From Bacilli bacterium (GTDB lineage: Bacteria > Bacillota_I > Bacilli_A > RF39 > UBA660): DNA of 64,000 nucleotides. The stretch is taken from positions 4,510 to 68,509 of the forward strand of contig JAGARQ010000038.1 in NCBI GenBank assembly GCA_017622175.1, given 5' to 3'. The notes beneath the pieces were generated by a model. That model was not told the DNA's origin. It searched no databases and saw nothing but the letters and a program-made list of their open reading frames with translations. Below, piece after piece: positions 46,525 through 56,425 of the stretch (position 1 is the stretch's first letter; each line of letters opens with the position of its first letter). Made by a program: the position numbers and the translations under genes.

Positions 46525-47455
46525 CGTTTGATTTAGCTAATCTTTCGGCTAGTTCTTTTATTTTTCTTAGTCTATGATTTAATCCAGATTTAGTTATTGG
46601 TTTACCTGTTTCTAATGAAATTATTTCAGATAATTCTTTTAAGGATGCTTCTGGATATTTTTTTCTATATTCAAGTGTTTCTCTTGTTTTATCTTCTAGT
46701 AAATCTACACTTGATGTTTCTTCAATTATTCTAATTTGTTCTAATTGAACTGTTGCGGTTGCTACTACTTTATCAATGTTTGCTTGTTCACAGTTATTAA
46801 GTCTATTTGTTTTATTTTTTTGCTCACGATAAATTCTTACATTTTCAAAATACATTACCGCATTATTAGCACCTAATATTTTAATGTAATCGCTTATCTT
46901 TTCGGCTTCTTTTAGATATATCATATATCCTTTATCTCTATTTAAGATTTTAGCATTTAAATCAAATATGTTTAATAATTTTTGAACAAATACAGCTTCT
47001 TCTGGAGATGATATTAATAGTTCCATGTGATATCTTGATGTTTTTGGATCATTGATACTTCCGCAACATAAAAATACCCCACGTAAATATGCTCTTATTT
47101 CTTCATTAGCACCAACTATGTATGTTGGTGGTGTCATTAGAAAGTTGCCCTTTTCATCTACAAAGCCAATGTCTTTTAAAATAACATCAACGTTTGTATC
47201 TATATTCATTACAACTAATTCTTTTTTACTAAAGTTTGCATTATCTTTTGTTTCAATTTTCAAGTCTGTATTATAGACTGTTTTTATAAATGTTTTTATT
47301 CTTTCTACAGTTTTTTTGTTTTCTGTAGTTAGTGCAATTGTATCATTTACTATTGTTCCATTATTTCTAATGAATCCTGCTAGTTCAGCAATCATTTCTG
47401 ATTTTGTATTTTCAATACTAGCAATTTCTTCTTTTATTTTTGTTGTATATGACAT
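46514..47455 (-). CDS. whiA: DNA-binding protein WhiA
   Basis: MSYTTKIKEEI, LAGLIDADG-like region, and C-terminal HTH (KSGLNHRLRKI). Confidence 0.92.
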   Translation of the reverse strand: MSYTTKIKEEIASIENTKSEMIAELAGFIRNNGTIVNDTIALTTENKKTVERIKTFIKTVYNTDLKIETKDNANFSKKELVVMNIDTNVDVILKDIGFVDEKGNFLMTPPTYIVGANEEIRAYLRGVFLCCGSINDPKTSRYHMELLISSPEEAVFVQKLLNIFDLNAKILNRDKGYMIYLKEAEKISDYIKILGANNAVMYFENVRIYREQKNKTNRLNNCEQANIDKVVATATVQLEQIRIIEETSSVDLLEDKTRETLEYRKKYPEASLKELSEIISLETGKPITKSGLNHRLRKIKELAERLAKSNEKK

Positions 47456-48405
47456 TAACGCATTAAATATGAGAATATAAGAGAACTTAATTTTAAACTA
47501 TTATGTCTTAAGATATTATCTTCAATAATTATTAAGTCATCTTCTATTAACTCTACTCCTAATTCTTTTAAGCGTTTATGATCAATTGGCACTGGATCTT
47601 TTTGTTCTTCTGTATAATACTTTTTAGCTATCTTTTTATCAATTTTTGTATTACTTGCGATTACTACATCTAATTTATTTTTCTCTAAATATCTATTTAG
47701 AAGTTCAACATGATCTCCAACTGTAAATTTATCTGTTTCTCCTGGTTGTGTTACTACATTACATAAATACATTGTTGGAGCAGATGATTCAACAATTGCA
47801 TCTTGTACTTCTTTACAAATAATATTTGGTAATACACTTGTATATAGGCTTCCCATACTAAAAATAATTAGGTCTGCTTCTTTTATTGCAGTAATTACTT
47901 CTGGTACTACTTCCGGTTCTTCTTTGTAATATATTTTTTCAAATTGACGATTGGCGCTTGTAATTTGATGCTCACCTTCAATTATATTTCCATCGAAATC
48001 TCTACCCATAAGTGTCAATTTTGAATCTTCCGAAATTGGTAGTACTGTATGTCTAACATCTAGTAGTTTACTTAAATATGCAATAGAGTCTTTTAAAGAT
48101 CCATTCATGTCTAACATAGCTGTTAAAATTAAATTACCTAATGCATGTCCATCTAAGTCACTTGATGTGTTAAATCTATATTCCATCATTTTCTTAATTG
48201 GTTCATCAATTCCTGATAATGATGTTATAACTTTTCTAATATCTCCAACTGCTGGAGTATGAAATTCTTCTCTTAATCTTCCTGTGGAACGTCCGTTATC
48301 AGACACAGCTATTACAGCTGTTATATCTACAGGAAAGTTTTTTAGTCCTTTTAGCAAGTATGAAATACCTGTTCCACCACCAAAGACTACTATTTTCTTA
48401 TTCAT
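47455..48405 (-). CDS. yvcK: YvcK/GlmR (CofD-like, UPF0052) gluconeogenesis factor
   Basis: VVFGGGTG N-terminus and GSLYTS motif. 1-nt overlap with the whiA start. Confidence 0.92.
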   Translation of the reverse strand: MNKKIVVFGGGTGISYLLKGLKNFPVDITAVIAVSDNGRSTGRLREEFHTPAVGDIRKVITSLSGIDEPIKKMMEYRFNTSSDLDGHALGNLILTAMLDMNGSLKDSIAYLSKLLDVRHTVLPISEDSKLTLMGRDFDGNIIEGEHQITSANRQFEKIYYKEEPEVVPEVITAIKEADLIIFSMGSLYTSVLPNIICKEVQDAIVESSAPTMYLCNVVTQPGETDKFTVGDHVELLNRYLEKNKLDVVIASNTKIDKKIAKKYYTEEQKDPVPIDHKRLKELGVELIEDDLIIIEDNILRHNSLKLSSLIFSYLMR

Positions 48406-48415
48406 AAAATCACCT

Positions 48416-49249
48416 CTAATTGAAATATACCATTTTGTCTATCATTACTTTATTAGGGTCTTTTCTATATAAATATTCGTCTCCTTTAGATCTTTTTAAA
48501 TTTATTATAAATATAATTATTCCTATTAGTACAAATAGAAGAGATACTGCTTGTGCCATTTTTATTGGTCCTAGCATTAGTGAATCCGTTCTTAGTCCTT
48601 CGACTAAAAATCTTAAAATTCCGTACCATACTAAATAAAATGCCGTAAGATTTCCTCTTTTTAAATATTTTCCACATCTTATTATTAGCATAGCTAAGAA
48701 TCCGAATACACATCCAACTGATTCATAAAAGAAAGTAGGTTGACGATATTCTCCTAAAATGTACATTCCATCAATTATAAATTGTGGTATTCCTTGAGAT
48801 TGTAGTTTTTCTAGTGTAGTTATAGCTCCATATGCTTCACTATTGAAGAAATTTCCCCAACGTCCTATAGCTTGTCCTATAATAAGTCCAACTACGATTA
48901 TATCTAACATTCTCATTACATTCATTTTGCGTTTTTTACAGAAAACTATAATTGATAATAACCCAAATATAATTCCTCCGTGAATTGCTAAGCCACCATT
49001 CCATATTTCAAAAATTTCTACGATGTTTTTTGAATAGTATGGAAGATTAAATAATACATAGTAAAGTCTGGCTCCAATAATTCCAAAGATTACAGTTCCA
49101 AATGTCATATTAATTAATGTATCTTCATCTATTTCTCTTTTTTTTGCTTCTTTGTAAATTACTGTACATGCTACTAGTAATGCAACGAATATAAATATTG
49201 AATACCAATAAATTTGTATAAAACCTAAATCAAGTGCTACTCTATCCAT
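48416..49249 (-). CDS. lgt: Prolipoprotein diacylglyceryl transferase
   Basis: Polytopic membrane protein with IGRWGNFFNSEAYG signature. Confidence 0.93.
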   Translation of the reverse strand: MDRVALDLGFIQIYWYSIFIFVALLVACTVIYKEAKKREIDEDTLINMTFGTVIFGIIGARLYYVLFNLPYYSKNIVEIFEIWNGGLAIHGGIIFGLLSIIVFCKKRKMNVMRMLDIIVVGLIIGQAIGRWGNFFNSEAYGAITTLEKLQSQGIPQFIIDGMYILGEYRQPTFFYESVGCVFGFLAMLIIRCGKYLKRGNLTAFYLVWYGILRFLVEGLRTDSLMLGPIKMAQAVSLLFVLIGIIIFIINLKRSKGDEYLYRKDPNKVMIDKMVYFN

Positions 49250-49261
49250 ATAAATCCCTCT

Positions 49262-52078
49262 TTATTTTAAAATTTTCTTTAAGAATTGACCTGTATATGA
49301 TTCTTTTACTTTGGCTACTTCTTCTGGAGTTCCTGTTGCTACAATTGTTCCTCCGCCATCTCCACCTTCAGGTCCTAAGTCAATTATGTGGTCTGCCACT
49401 TTAATAACATCTAGGTTGTGTTCTATTACCACTACTGTATCTTTATTATCTACTATTTTCTGTAAAATTGCAAGTAAACGCTTGATATCATCAACGTGTA
49501 ATCCTGTAGTTGGTTCATCAAGAACAAAAAGTGTTTTTCCTGTTGCTTTTCTTTGTAATTCTTTAGCTAGTTTTACACGTTCTGCTTCTCCACCAGATAG
49601 TGTTGGAGCACTTTGTCCTAATTTAATATATCCTAATCCAACATCTTCTAGTACTTGAAGTTTATGTTTTATTTTTGGAACATTTTCAAAGAACTTTAAT
49701 GCCTCTGTTACTCGCATATCTAAAACTTCAGCAATATTCTTATCTTTATATTTTATGCTAAGGGTTTCTCTATTATATCTTGTTCCGTGACATACTTCGC
49801 AAGGTACATAAACATCTGGTAAGAAGTGCATTTCAATTTTCTTTACCCCGTCTCCGCGACAAGCTTCACATCTTCCACCTTTGACATTGAATGAAAATCT
49901 GTTCTTTTCAAATCCGTACATTTTAGCTTCTTTTGTTGTTGTAAATAAAGTTCTAATATCATCAAAAACACCTGTATATGTTGCTGGATTAGAACGTGGT
50001 GTTCTTCCTATTGGATTTTGTGATATAGCTACTATCTTATCAAGATTTTCAATTCCAAGTATTTTTTCATGCTTTCCTGGTTTATCTTTTGTTTTGTATA
50101 TTTTTTGTGAAACAGCTTTACAAAGTATTTCATTAATTAAACTACTCTTACCACTACCAGATACTCCAGTTACACAAGTTAGAGTTCCTAAAGGAATATC
50201 AACATCTATATTTTTTAGATTATTTTCTGATGCTCCTTTAATTTTTAAATATTTTTTATTACCTTTTCTTCTTTCTTTTGGTATTTCTATACATTTTTTA
50301 CCACTTAAGTATTGTCCAGTAATACTTTTTTCATTTTGCATTACTTCTTCTGGGGTTCCTTGAGCAATTATCTTTCCTCCGGCATCTCCAGCTCCTGGTC
50401 CAATGTCTACTAGGTAATCGCATGCCATCATTGTATCTGTATCATGTTCTACAACAATTAACGTATTTCCTAAGTCACGCATTTCTTTCATTGAGTTAAT
50501 TAATTTTTCGTTATCTCTTTGGTGTAGACCAATACTTGGTTCATCTAATACATATAATACACCTGTAAGATGGGACCCTATTTGAGTTGCAAGTCTAATA
50601 CGTTGAGCTTCTCCTCCAGATAATGTACCAGCATTTCTACTTAATGTTAAATATTCAAGTCCTACATTTGATAGGAAACTTAATCTTTCATTAATTTCCT
50701 TTAAAACTAAGTTAGCTATTTGTTTTTGTTCTTCTGTCAGTTTTAATGTTTCATATGATTTAAGAAGTTCTTTAATACTCATACATGTCACTTCGTAAAT
50801 ATTTCTTCCATCTACTTTTACTGATAAAACTTCATCCTTTAATCTTGCTCCGTGACAAGCATCACATTCATATTCAATCATATAATTTTCTAACCAGTCC
50901 CTAATCCAAGTTGAACTAGTTTCCATGTAACGACGTTCTAGGTTATTAATAATTCCTTCATAAAAGTCTTTTGAATTATAAGAGTTACCACTTTTGGATT
51001 TATATTGAAAATGAATTATTTCATCAGAACCATATAACACTAGGTCTTGATGTCTTTCAGATAGACTCTTCCATGGTTTAGTCATACTGATCTTGTAATG
51101 TTTACACATACATTCTAATTTTTTGTAATCAAGTCCTTCTGGATCATCAGTTAATGTTTTGATGCATCCATCTGCGATTGATAGTGTTTGGTCAGGAATA
51201 AGTAAATCTCTATCTATTTGTAATTTTACTCCTAACCCTTTACATTCTGGACATGCTCCATATGGGGCATTAAAACTAAATATTCTTGGTTCTAGTTCTG
51301 TTAATGAAAAATCACAGTGAGGACATGCAAATTGTTCTGAGAAAACTATCTCTTTAGCATCTTCTCCTAATATTTGAATAACTACTTTACCGTTTGCTAG
51401 TTTGGTAGCTGCTTCGATTGCTTCAAATATTCTACTGCGCGAATCTTCTTTTATTACAATTCTATCTATTACTACATCGATATTATCTTTTTTATTTTTA
51501 TCAAGGTCAATATCTTCACTTAAATCTAACATTTCTCCATTAACACGTACTCTTACATATCCTTCTTTACGAAGTTTTTCAAGTAAATCTTTATGGGTTC
51601 CTTTTTCTCCATGTACAACTGGAGCCATGATTATTATTTTTGTACCTTCACCATATTCTAATACTTTGTCTGTCATTTCTTCTACACTTTGTGATGAAAT
51701 AGGAATATTGTGAGTTGGACAATATGGTACTCCTACTCTTGAGAATAAAAGTCTTAAGTAATCGTAAATTTCTGTAACTGTACCAACTGTTGAACGTGGA
51801 TTATTATGTGTTGTTTTTTGATCGATACTTATTGCTGGAGATAATCCTTCAATACTATCAACGTCTGGCTTTTCAGAACCTCCTAAGAATTGTCTAGCGT
51901 AAGCAGATAAACTCTCTACATAACGACGTTGTCCTTCGGCATAAATTGTGTCAAAAGCAAGTGAACTTTTCCCACTTCCAGAAAGACCTGTCATAACAAT
52001 CATCTTATTTTTTGGTAATTCAATATTTATATTTTTTAAGTTATTTTCTCTTGCACCTTTAATAATAATTTTATCCAT
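49262..52078 (-). CDS. uvrA: Excinuclease ABC subunit A
   Basis: Two ABC modules (GLSGSGKSSLAF, GVSGSGKSSL) and zinc-finger Cys clusters. Confidence 0.98.
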   Translation of the reverse strand: MDKIIIKGARENNLKNINIELPKNKMIVMTGLSGSGKSSLAFDTIYAEGQRRYVESLSAYARQFLGGSEKPDVDSIEGLSPAISIDQKTTHNNPRSTVGTVTEIYDYLRLLFSRVGVPYCPTHNIPISSQSVEEMTDKVLEYGEGTKIIIMAPVVHGEKGTHKDLLEKLRKEGYVRVRVNGEMLDLSEDIDLDKNKKDNIDVVIDRIVIKEDSRSRIFEAIEAATKLANGKVVIQILGEDAKEIVFSEQFACPHCDFSLTELEPRIFSFNAPYGACPECKGLGVKLQIDRDLLIPDQTLSIADGCIKTLTDDPEGLDYKKLECMCKHYKISMTKPWKSLSERHQDLVLYGSDEIIHFQYKSKSGNSYNSKDFYEGIINNLERRYMETSSTWIRDWLENYMIEYECDACHGARLKDEVLSVKVDGRNIYEVTCMSIKELLKSYETLKLTEEQKQIANLVLKEINERLSFLSNVGLEYLTLSRNAGTLSGGEAQRIRLATQIGSHLTGVLYVLDEPSIGLHQRDNEKLINSMKEMRDLGNTLIVVEHDTDTMMACDYLVDIGPGAGDAGGKIIAQGTPEEVMQNEKSITGQYLSGKKCIEIPKERRKGNKKYLKIKGASENNLKNIDVDIPLGTLTCVTGVSGSGKSSLINEILCKAVSQKIYKTKDKPGKHEKILGIENLDKIVAISQNPIGRTPRSNPATYTGVFDDIRTLFTTTKEAKMYGFEKNRFSFNVKGGRCEACRGDGVKKIEMHFLPDVYVPCEVCHGTRYNRETLSIKYKDKNIAEVLDMRVTEALKFFENVPKIKHKLQVLEDVGLGYIKLGQSAPTLSGGEAERVKLAKELQRKATGKTLFVLDEPTTGLHVDDIKRLLAILQKIVDNKDTVVVIEHNLDVIKVADHIIDLGPEGGDGGGTIVATGTPEEVAKVKESYTGQFLKKILK

Positions 52079-52120
52079 AATATCACCTGGTTGATATTAT
52101 ACCACGAATGATTATTTTTA

Positions 52121-52158
52121 GACATAAAAAAGCAAATCTTTTTTATAGATTTGCTTTT
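52121..52158 (-). terminator. Intrinsic terminator after the 221-aa gene
   Basis: aaaagcaaatc/gatttgctttt stem followed by a U-run on the minus RNA. Confidence 0.7.
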
Positions 52159-52823
52159 TAGCAATCATTGTATTCCATGTATGTTTTTCCTTTATCGAAA
52201 GAATGGTTATACATAGAGTACATATTTAATGTATCTTCTTTTAAATATTCTTTTTTATTCTTTTTTAAATACTTCTTATATTCTGAATTAATAGTATTAG
52301 GATATGCTAAATAAACATATGTAATTTTTTTAGTATTTTGATTAATAAGTGCATATTCGTAGGTATGGCCAAATCCATCTATTGTTATATATGCTGGTAG
52401 GGAATAATCTTTTGTGTTGTATTTTACATAATTAGTATAACTTTTATTTTTGCAATCAGAAATTGTCATAGTAAGTTTACTTAATCTGTCTACTTCTTTT
52501 TTAAAATTATCTTCATTGTATGTTGTACTTAGTATGATGTATCCATCACTATCAAATAAATTAGTTTTAATTGACAAAGTGAATGTCGCATCAATCATAT
52601 TTGTAACTTTGTCTGGAAAAATAGATAAGTTTGAATCTAAATCTCCACTATATTTATTTAAATAATGATTTTTATTGTAATTATTAATACCGGAAACTTT
52701 TTCGGCAGGTATTAAAGAGTCTATTGTTATGATTGCAATAACTATTAGAGTATTAATTATAAATGCTGCTGTCATAGATAAAATAATCATAATAATATTT
52801 TTAGTATTTTCTTTTTTCTTCAT
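52158..52823 (-). CDS. Membrane-anchored extracytoplasmic protein, unknown function
   Basis: N-terminal TM (IIMIILSMTAAFIINTLIVIAIITI) followed by a Tyr/Asn/Lys-rich domain ending in Cys. Confidence 0.6.
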   Translation of the reverse strand: MKKKENTKNIIMIILSMTAAFIINTLIVIAIITIDSLIPAEKVSGINNYNKNHYLNKYSGDLDSNLSIFPDKVTNMIDATFTLSIKTNLFDSDGYIILSTTYNEDNFKKEVDRLSKLTMTISDCKNKSYTNYVKYNTKDYSLPAYITIDGFGHTYEYALINQNTKKITYVYLAYPNTINSEYKKYLKKNKKEYLKEDTLNMYSMYNHSFDKGKTYMEYNDC

Positions 52824-52849
52824 ATGCTAATTTCCTTAAATCAAGTGCT

Positions 52850-53683
52850 TTATTTAAAACGATTTTTATATGTGCAACTTAAACATAATTTTTCACAAGG
52901 TTTTCTGTCTTGAAATGATTTTTTTAAATCTTGACATCTTTTGCTATTAATTATTGATTCAAATGATTCTGTGTAAATATTTCCTAAATTAATTTTACCA
53001 TTACTATCTAGACAACATGGCACTACTGTTCCATCTACTAAAATAGCAATTTGTGTTTTTAGTGCCATACAGAAACCATTAGTGGTTTCGTTTTTATTAT
53101 CATCTGGCCATTCAAATTCATTATCTTTATCCACATATATTGTGGAAGTTATTTTAACATTATTTTCTTTATAAATTTTTTCCACTGTTTCTGGTGATAA
53201 CTTATAATATTCAATTATTTTTTCCACTGTTTTTGTGGATTTTTTATCAAACTTACCATCTTGTAACGTCCATAATCTGTAGATAACTGTTTGATTTTTT
53301 AATTTTTCAACAGATTTGAAGATATTTTCTAAATAATTTGGAACATTATTTTCTGAATGTAGTGAAAAGTTTATTTTTTGTAGTGAATTGCATTTTATAA
53401 GTTCATCTACTTTTTTTGGAAATAGTATTCCATTTGTAGTAATATTTACTTTTATATCATTTTTTTCTGCAATATTAAGAAAATCTATTAAGTTTGGATG
53501 TAGAAGGGGTTCTCCTTTAACATGAAGATAAATATTATCTGTAAATGGTTTAATCTCCGATAAAATATGAGAAAATTCCTCTTTTGTTATTATTCTTTTT
53601 GGTTTTTCTACTTTACTACAAAAACTACAATTAAGATTACAAGTATTTGTTATTTCAACATATATTTTTTTAAACTTCTTCAT
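52850..53683 (-). CDS. Radical SAM enzyme with C-terminal SPASM-type Cys cluster
   Basis: CNLNCSFC (CxxxCxxC) near the N-terminus. C-terminal GFC...PCC...C...CEKLCLSC. Confidence 0.85.
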   Translation of the reverse strand: MKKFKKIYVEITNTCNLNCSFCSKVEKPKRIITKEEFSHILSEIKPFTDNIYLHVKGEPLLHPNLIDFLNIAEKNDIKVNITTNGILFPKKVDELIKCNSLQKINFSLHSENNVPNYLENIFKSVEKLKNQTVIYRLWTLQDGKFDKKSTKTVEKIIEYYKLSPETVEKIYKENNVKITSTIYVDKDNEFEWPDDNKNETTNGFCMALKTQIAILVDGTVVPCCLDSNGKINLGNIYTESFESIINSKRCQDLKKSFQDRKPCEKLCLSCTYKNRFK

Positions 53684-54389
53684 TTGTATATACCACGCAT
53701 ACTAAATTTTTTCCTGGTTTATTTCCTAAATCAGAAAAATATTTTTCATCTTCTGTTGTATCAGTCGAATCAAAGTAAATGTTATTTGGATCTACTATTT
53801 CTTTTATTAGTGTATTAAATATTGCATATCTAATATCTAAATAATGATTCTTTTTCTTTTTTGTAATAGTATCTTTCCAAATATATGAGTTTGTTAATAG
53901 GTTTGGATTTACTATTAATTTTTCTTTTGATGGACATGCACCAATATAGAAAGTCATTTCAAATGGTGCTGCATTTGTTTCTTTTAATAAACATTCTATT
54001 ATTTCATGTAATAAATCATTATTTAAGTTATTAATTGTTCCTTGAGCTATTGCAGATACACTTTTTCCATCATCAGTATTTGCTGTTGCAATAATTACTG
54101 GATAATCACTTGTTTCTACAGCAACACACTTGTTAGAATTATCTTTTAAAATAAATATTGCTTCTTTTGATTTTTCATTAACGCTTGCTACGGAACGTGA
54201 TTTTATTACGTTATTTTTTTCTGTTAATACAAGTATATCTTCATATTTTATATTTCTTCTTTCGAAGAATTTAGTTAATGTTGTTTTATATAAAAGTTCT
54301 CTTTCTTCAGTAGAAAGATTAGGAAAATACTTTTTGTCTTTAGACATAATTCCATCTCTTTGAGATGAGACAAATACATTTAATTTCAT
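53670..54389 (-). CDS. Hypothetical protein; faint YfiH/PgeF (DUF152)-like layout without recognisable catalytic His/Cys/His
   Basis: 239 aa. RBS AGGAGGAG lies 9 nt after the uvrB stop. Overlaps the radical SAM start by 14 nt. Confidence 0.5.
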   Translation of the reverse strand: MKLNVFVSSQRDGIMSKDKKYFPNLSTEERELLYKTTLTKFFERRNIKYEDILVLTEKNNVIKSRSVASVNEKSKEAIFILKDNSNKCVAVETSDYPVIIATANTDDGKSVSAIAQGTINNLNNDLLHEIIECLLKETNAAPFEMTFYIGACPSKEKLIVNPNLLTNSYIWKDTITKKKKNHYLDIRYAIFNTLIKEIVDPNNIYFDSTDTTEDEKYFSDLGNKPGKNLVCVVYTNEEV

Positions 54390-54398
54390 ATACTCCTC

Positions 54399-56345
54399 CT
54401 ATGATGCTTTCATTTCGAATAAAATATCTCTTAATTCCATTGCTCTTTCGAAATCTAGGTTCTTTGCCGCTTCTCGCATTTCTTGTTCTAACATTTCCAT
54501 TGTCTTAGCAATTTCTTTCTTAGTTGGTTTCTTAGTTTTCTTTTCTGTTGTATCAACATTACTAATAACTTCTCTAATTGCTTTAGAAATTGTTTTTGGT
54601 ATAATACCATGTTTTTCATTGTAAGCTTCTTGAATTTTTCTACGACGGGCTGTTTCATCAATAGCTTGTTTCATGGAATCTGTTATTTTATCTCCATACA
54701 TAATTACATGCCCATTAGCATTTCTTGCACAACGTCCCGCTGTTTGGATTAAACTTCTATTACTACGTAAGAATCCTTCTTTATCAGCATCTAATATTGC
54801 TATTAGTGATACTTCTGGGATATCTATACCTTCTCGAAGTAAGTTAATTCCAACCACAACATCATATTTACCTGTACGTAAGTCGTGAATTATTTGTAAT
54901 CTTTCTAATGTTTTTACTTCAGAGTGAAGATAGGCTACTTTAATATCTAACTCTTTTAAGTAGTTTGTTAATTCTTCAGCCATTCTGATAGTTAATGTTG
55001 TAACTAAAACTCTTTCATCTTTTTCAATTCTTGTATTTATTTCTCCAACTAAATCGTCAATCTGACCTTCAGTTTTTCTAACTTCTATGGTTGGATCAAG
55101 TAGTCCTGTTGGACGTATGATTTGTTCTGCAACTACATTATTTACTCTTTCTAGTTCATAATCTCCTGGTGTTGCAGATACATATATCGCTTGATGAATC
55201 TTTTTATCAAATTCATCATATTGTAATGGTCTATTATCAAGAGCACTTGGTAGTCTAAATCCATATTCTACAAGATTCATTTTTCTTGCTCTATCTCCAT
55301 TATACATTCCTCTTACTTGTGGAAGAGTTACGTGAGATTCATCAACTACTAACAAATAATCATCCCCAAAGAAATCCATTAATGTTACTGGTGTTTCTCC
55401 TTTTTTACGTCCTGCCATTGGAGCTGAGTAGTTTTCAATACCAGAACAGAAACCAGTTTCTTGAAGCATTTCTAAATCATATCTAGTTCTTTGCTCTAAT
55501 CGTTCTGCTGCAAGAAGTTTGTTATTTTCTTTTAATTCAGTTAATCTTTCTTCTAATTCTTCTTTTATTCTTACAATTGCTGCTTGTAGTTTTTCATCAC
55601 TTACAACGAAGTGACTTGCTGGGAAAAGACTTATATTTTTTTTATTAGAAATAACAACACCTGTTAAAGTATCAATTTCACATATTCTATCAATTTCATT
55701 GTCAAAGAATTCAATTCTATATCCTATTGTCTTTTGATAAGCTGGGATTATTTCTAGAACATCTCCTCTTACACGGAATGTTCCTCTTTTAAAATCTAAG
55801 TCGTTTCTTTCATAAAGCATTTCCACAAGTTTTGTTAATACTTTATTTCTTTCAATAGTATCGCCTACTGAAAGAGTTAACATTTTATTTTTATATTCTT
55901 CTACTTCTCCAATACCATAAATGCATGATACACTGGCTACTACAATAACATCATCTCGTGATAAAAGAGCAGATGTTGCGGCATGACGAAGTTCATCAAT
56001 TTCATCGTTGATTGAAGAATCTTTTTCAATATATGTATCGGTCGAAGGTACATATGCTTCTGGTTGGTAGTAATCATAATAAGAAACAAAATATTCTACT
56101 CTATTATTTGGAAATAGCTCTTTTAGTTCAGAGTATAATTGTCCCGCTAATGTCTTATTGTGAGCAAGGACTAAAGTCTTTTTATTTACTTCTTTAATTA
56201 CATTGGCAATAGTAAATGTTTTTCCTGTACCTGTTGCACCTAATAATACTTGTTCTTTTTTTCCGGATTTTATTCCTTCAACCAATGTTTTAATAGCGTT
56301 CGGTTGATCTCCAGATGGTTGATATTTAGATACTAATTCAAACAT
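54399..56345 (-). CDS. uvrB: Excinuclease ABC subunit B
   Basis: [13 protein letters not shown] helicase motifs, and C-terminal UVR domain (FERAMELRD). Confidence 0.98.
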   Translation of the reverse strand: MFELVSKYQPSGDQPNAIKTLVEGIKSGKKEQVLLGATGTGKTFTIANVIKEVNKKTLVLAHNKTLAGQLYSELKELFPNNRVEYFVSYYDYYQPEAYVPSTDTYIEKDSSINDEIDELRHAATSALLSRDDVIVVASVSCIYGIGEVEEYKNKMLTLSVGDTIERNKVLTKLVEMLYERNDLDFKRGTFRVRGDVLEIIPAYQKTIGYRIEFFDNEIDRICEIDTLTGVVISNKKNISLFPASHFVVSDEKLQAAIVRIKEELEERLTELKENNKLLAAERLEQRTRYDLEMLQETGFCSGIENYSAPMAGRKKGETPVTLMDFFGDDYLLVVDESHVTLPQVRGMYNGDRARKMNLVEYGFRLPSALDNRPLQYDEFDKKIHQAIYVSATPGDYELERVNNVVAEQIIRPTGLLDPTIEVRKTEGQIDDLVGEINTRIEKDERVLVTTLTIRMAEELTNYLKELDIKVAYLHSEVKTLERLQIIHDLRTGKYDVVVGINLLREGIDIPEVSLIAILDADKEGFLRSNRSLIQTAGRCARNANGHVIMYGDKITDSMKQAIDETARRRKIQEAYNEKHGIIPKTISKAIREVISNVDTTEKKTKKPTKKEIAKTMEMLEQEMREAAKNLDFERAMELRDILFEMKAS

Positions 56346-56389
56346 AAGTCACCTCCAATACAGGTTAATTTCAGTGTATATTTTAACAT

Positions 56390-56424
56390 TTCTTTAATAA
56401 GAAAACAAGGAACTTTCCTTGTTT
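56390..56424 (-). terminator. Intrinsic terminator after the 514-aa gene
   Basis: aaacaagga/tccttgttt stem followed by a U-rich tract on the minus RNA. Confidence 0.65.
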
Positions 56425-56425
56425 A

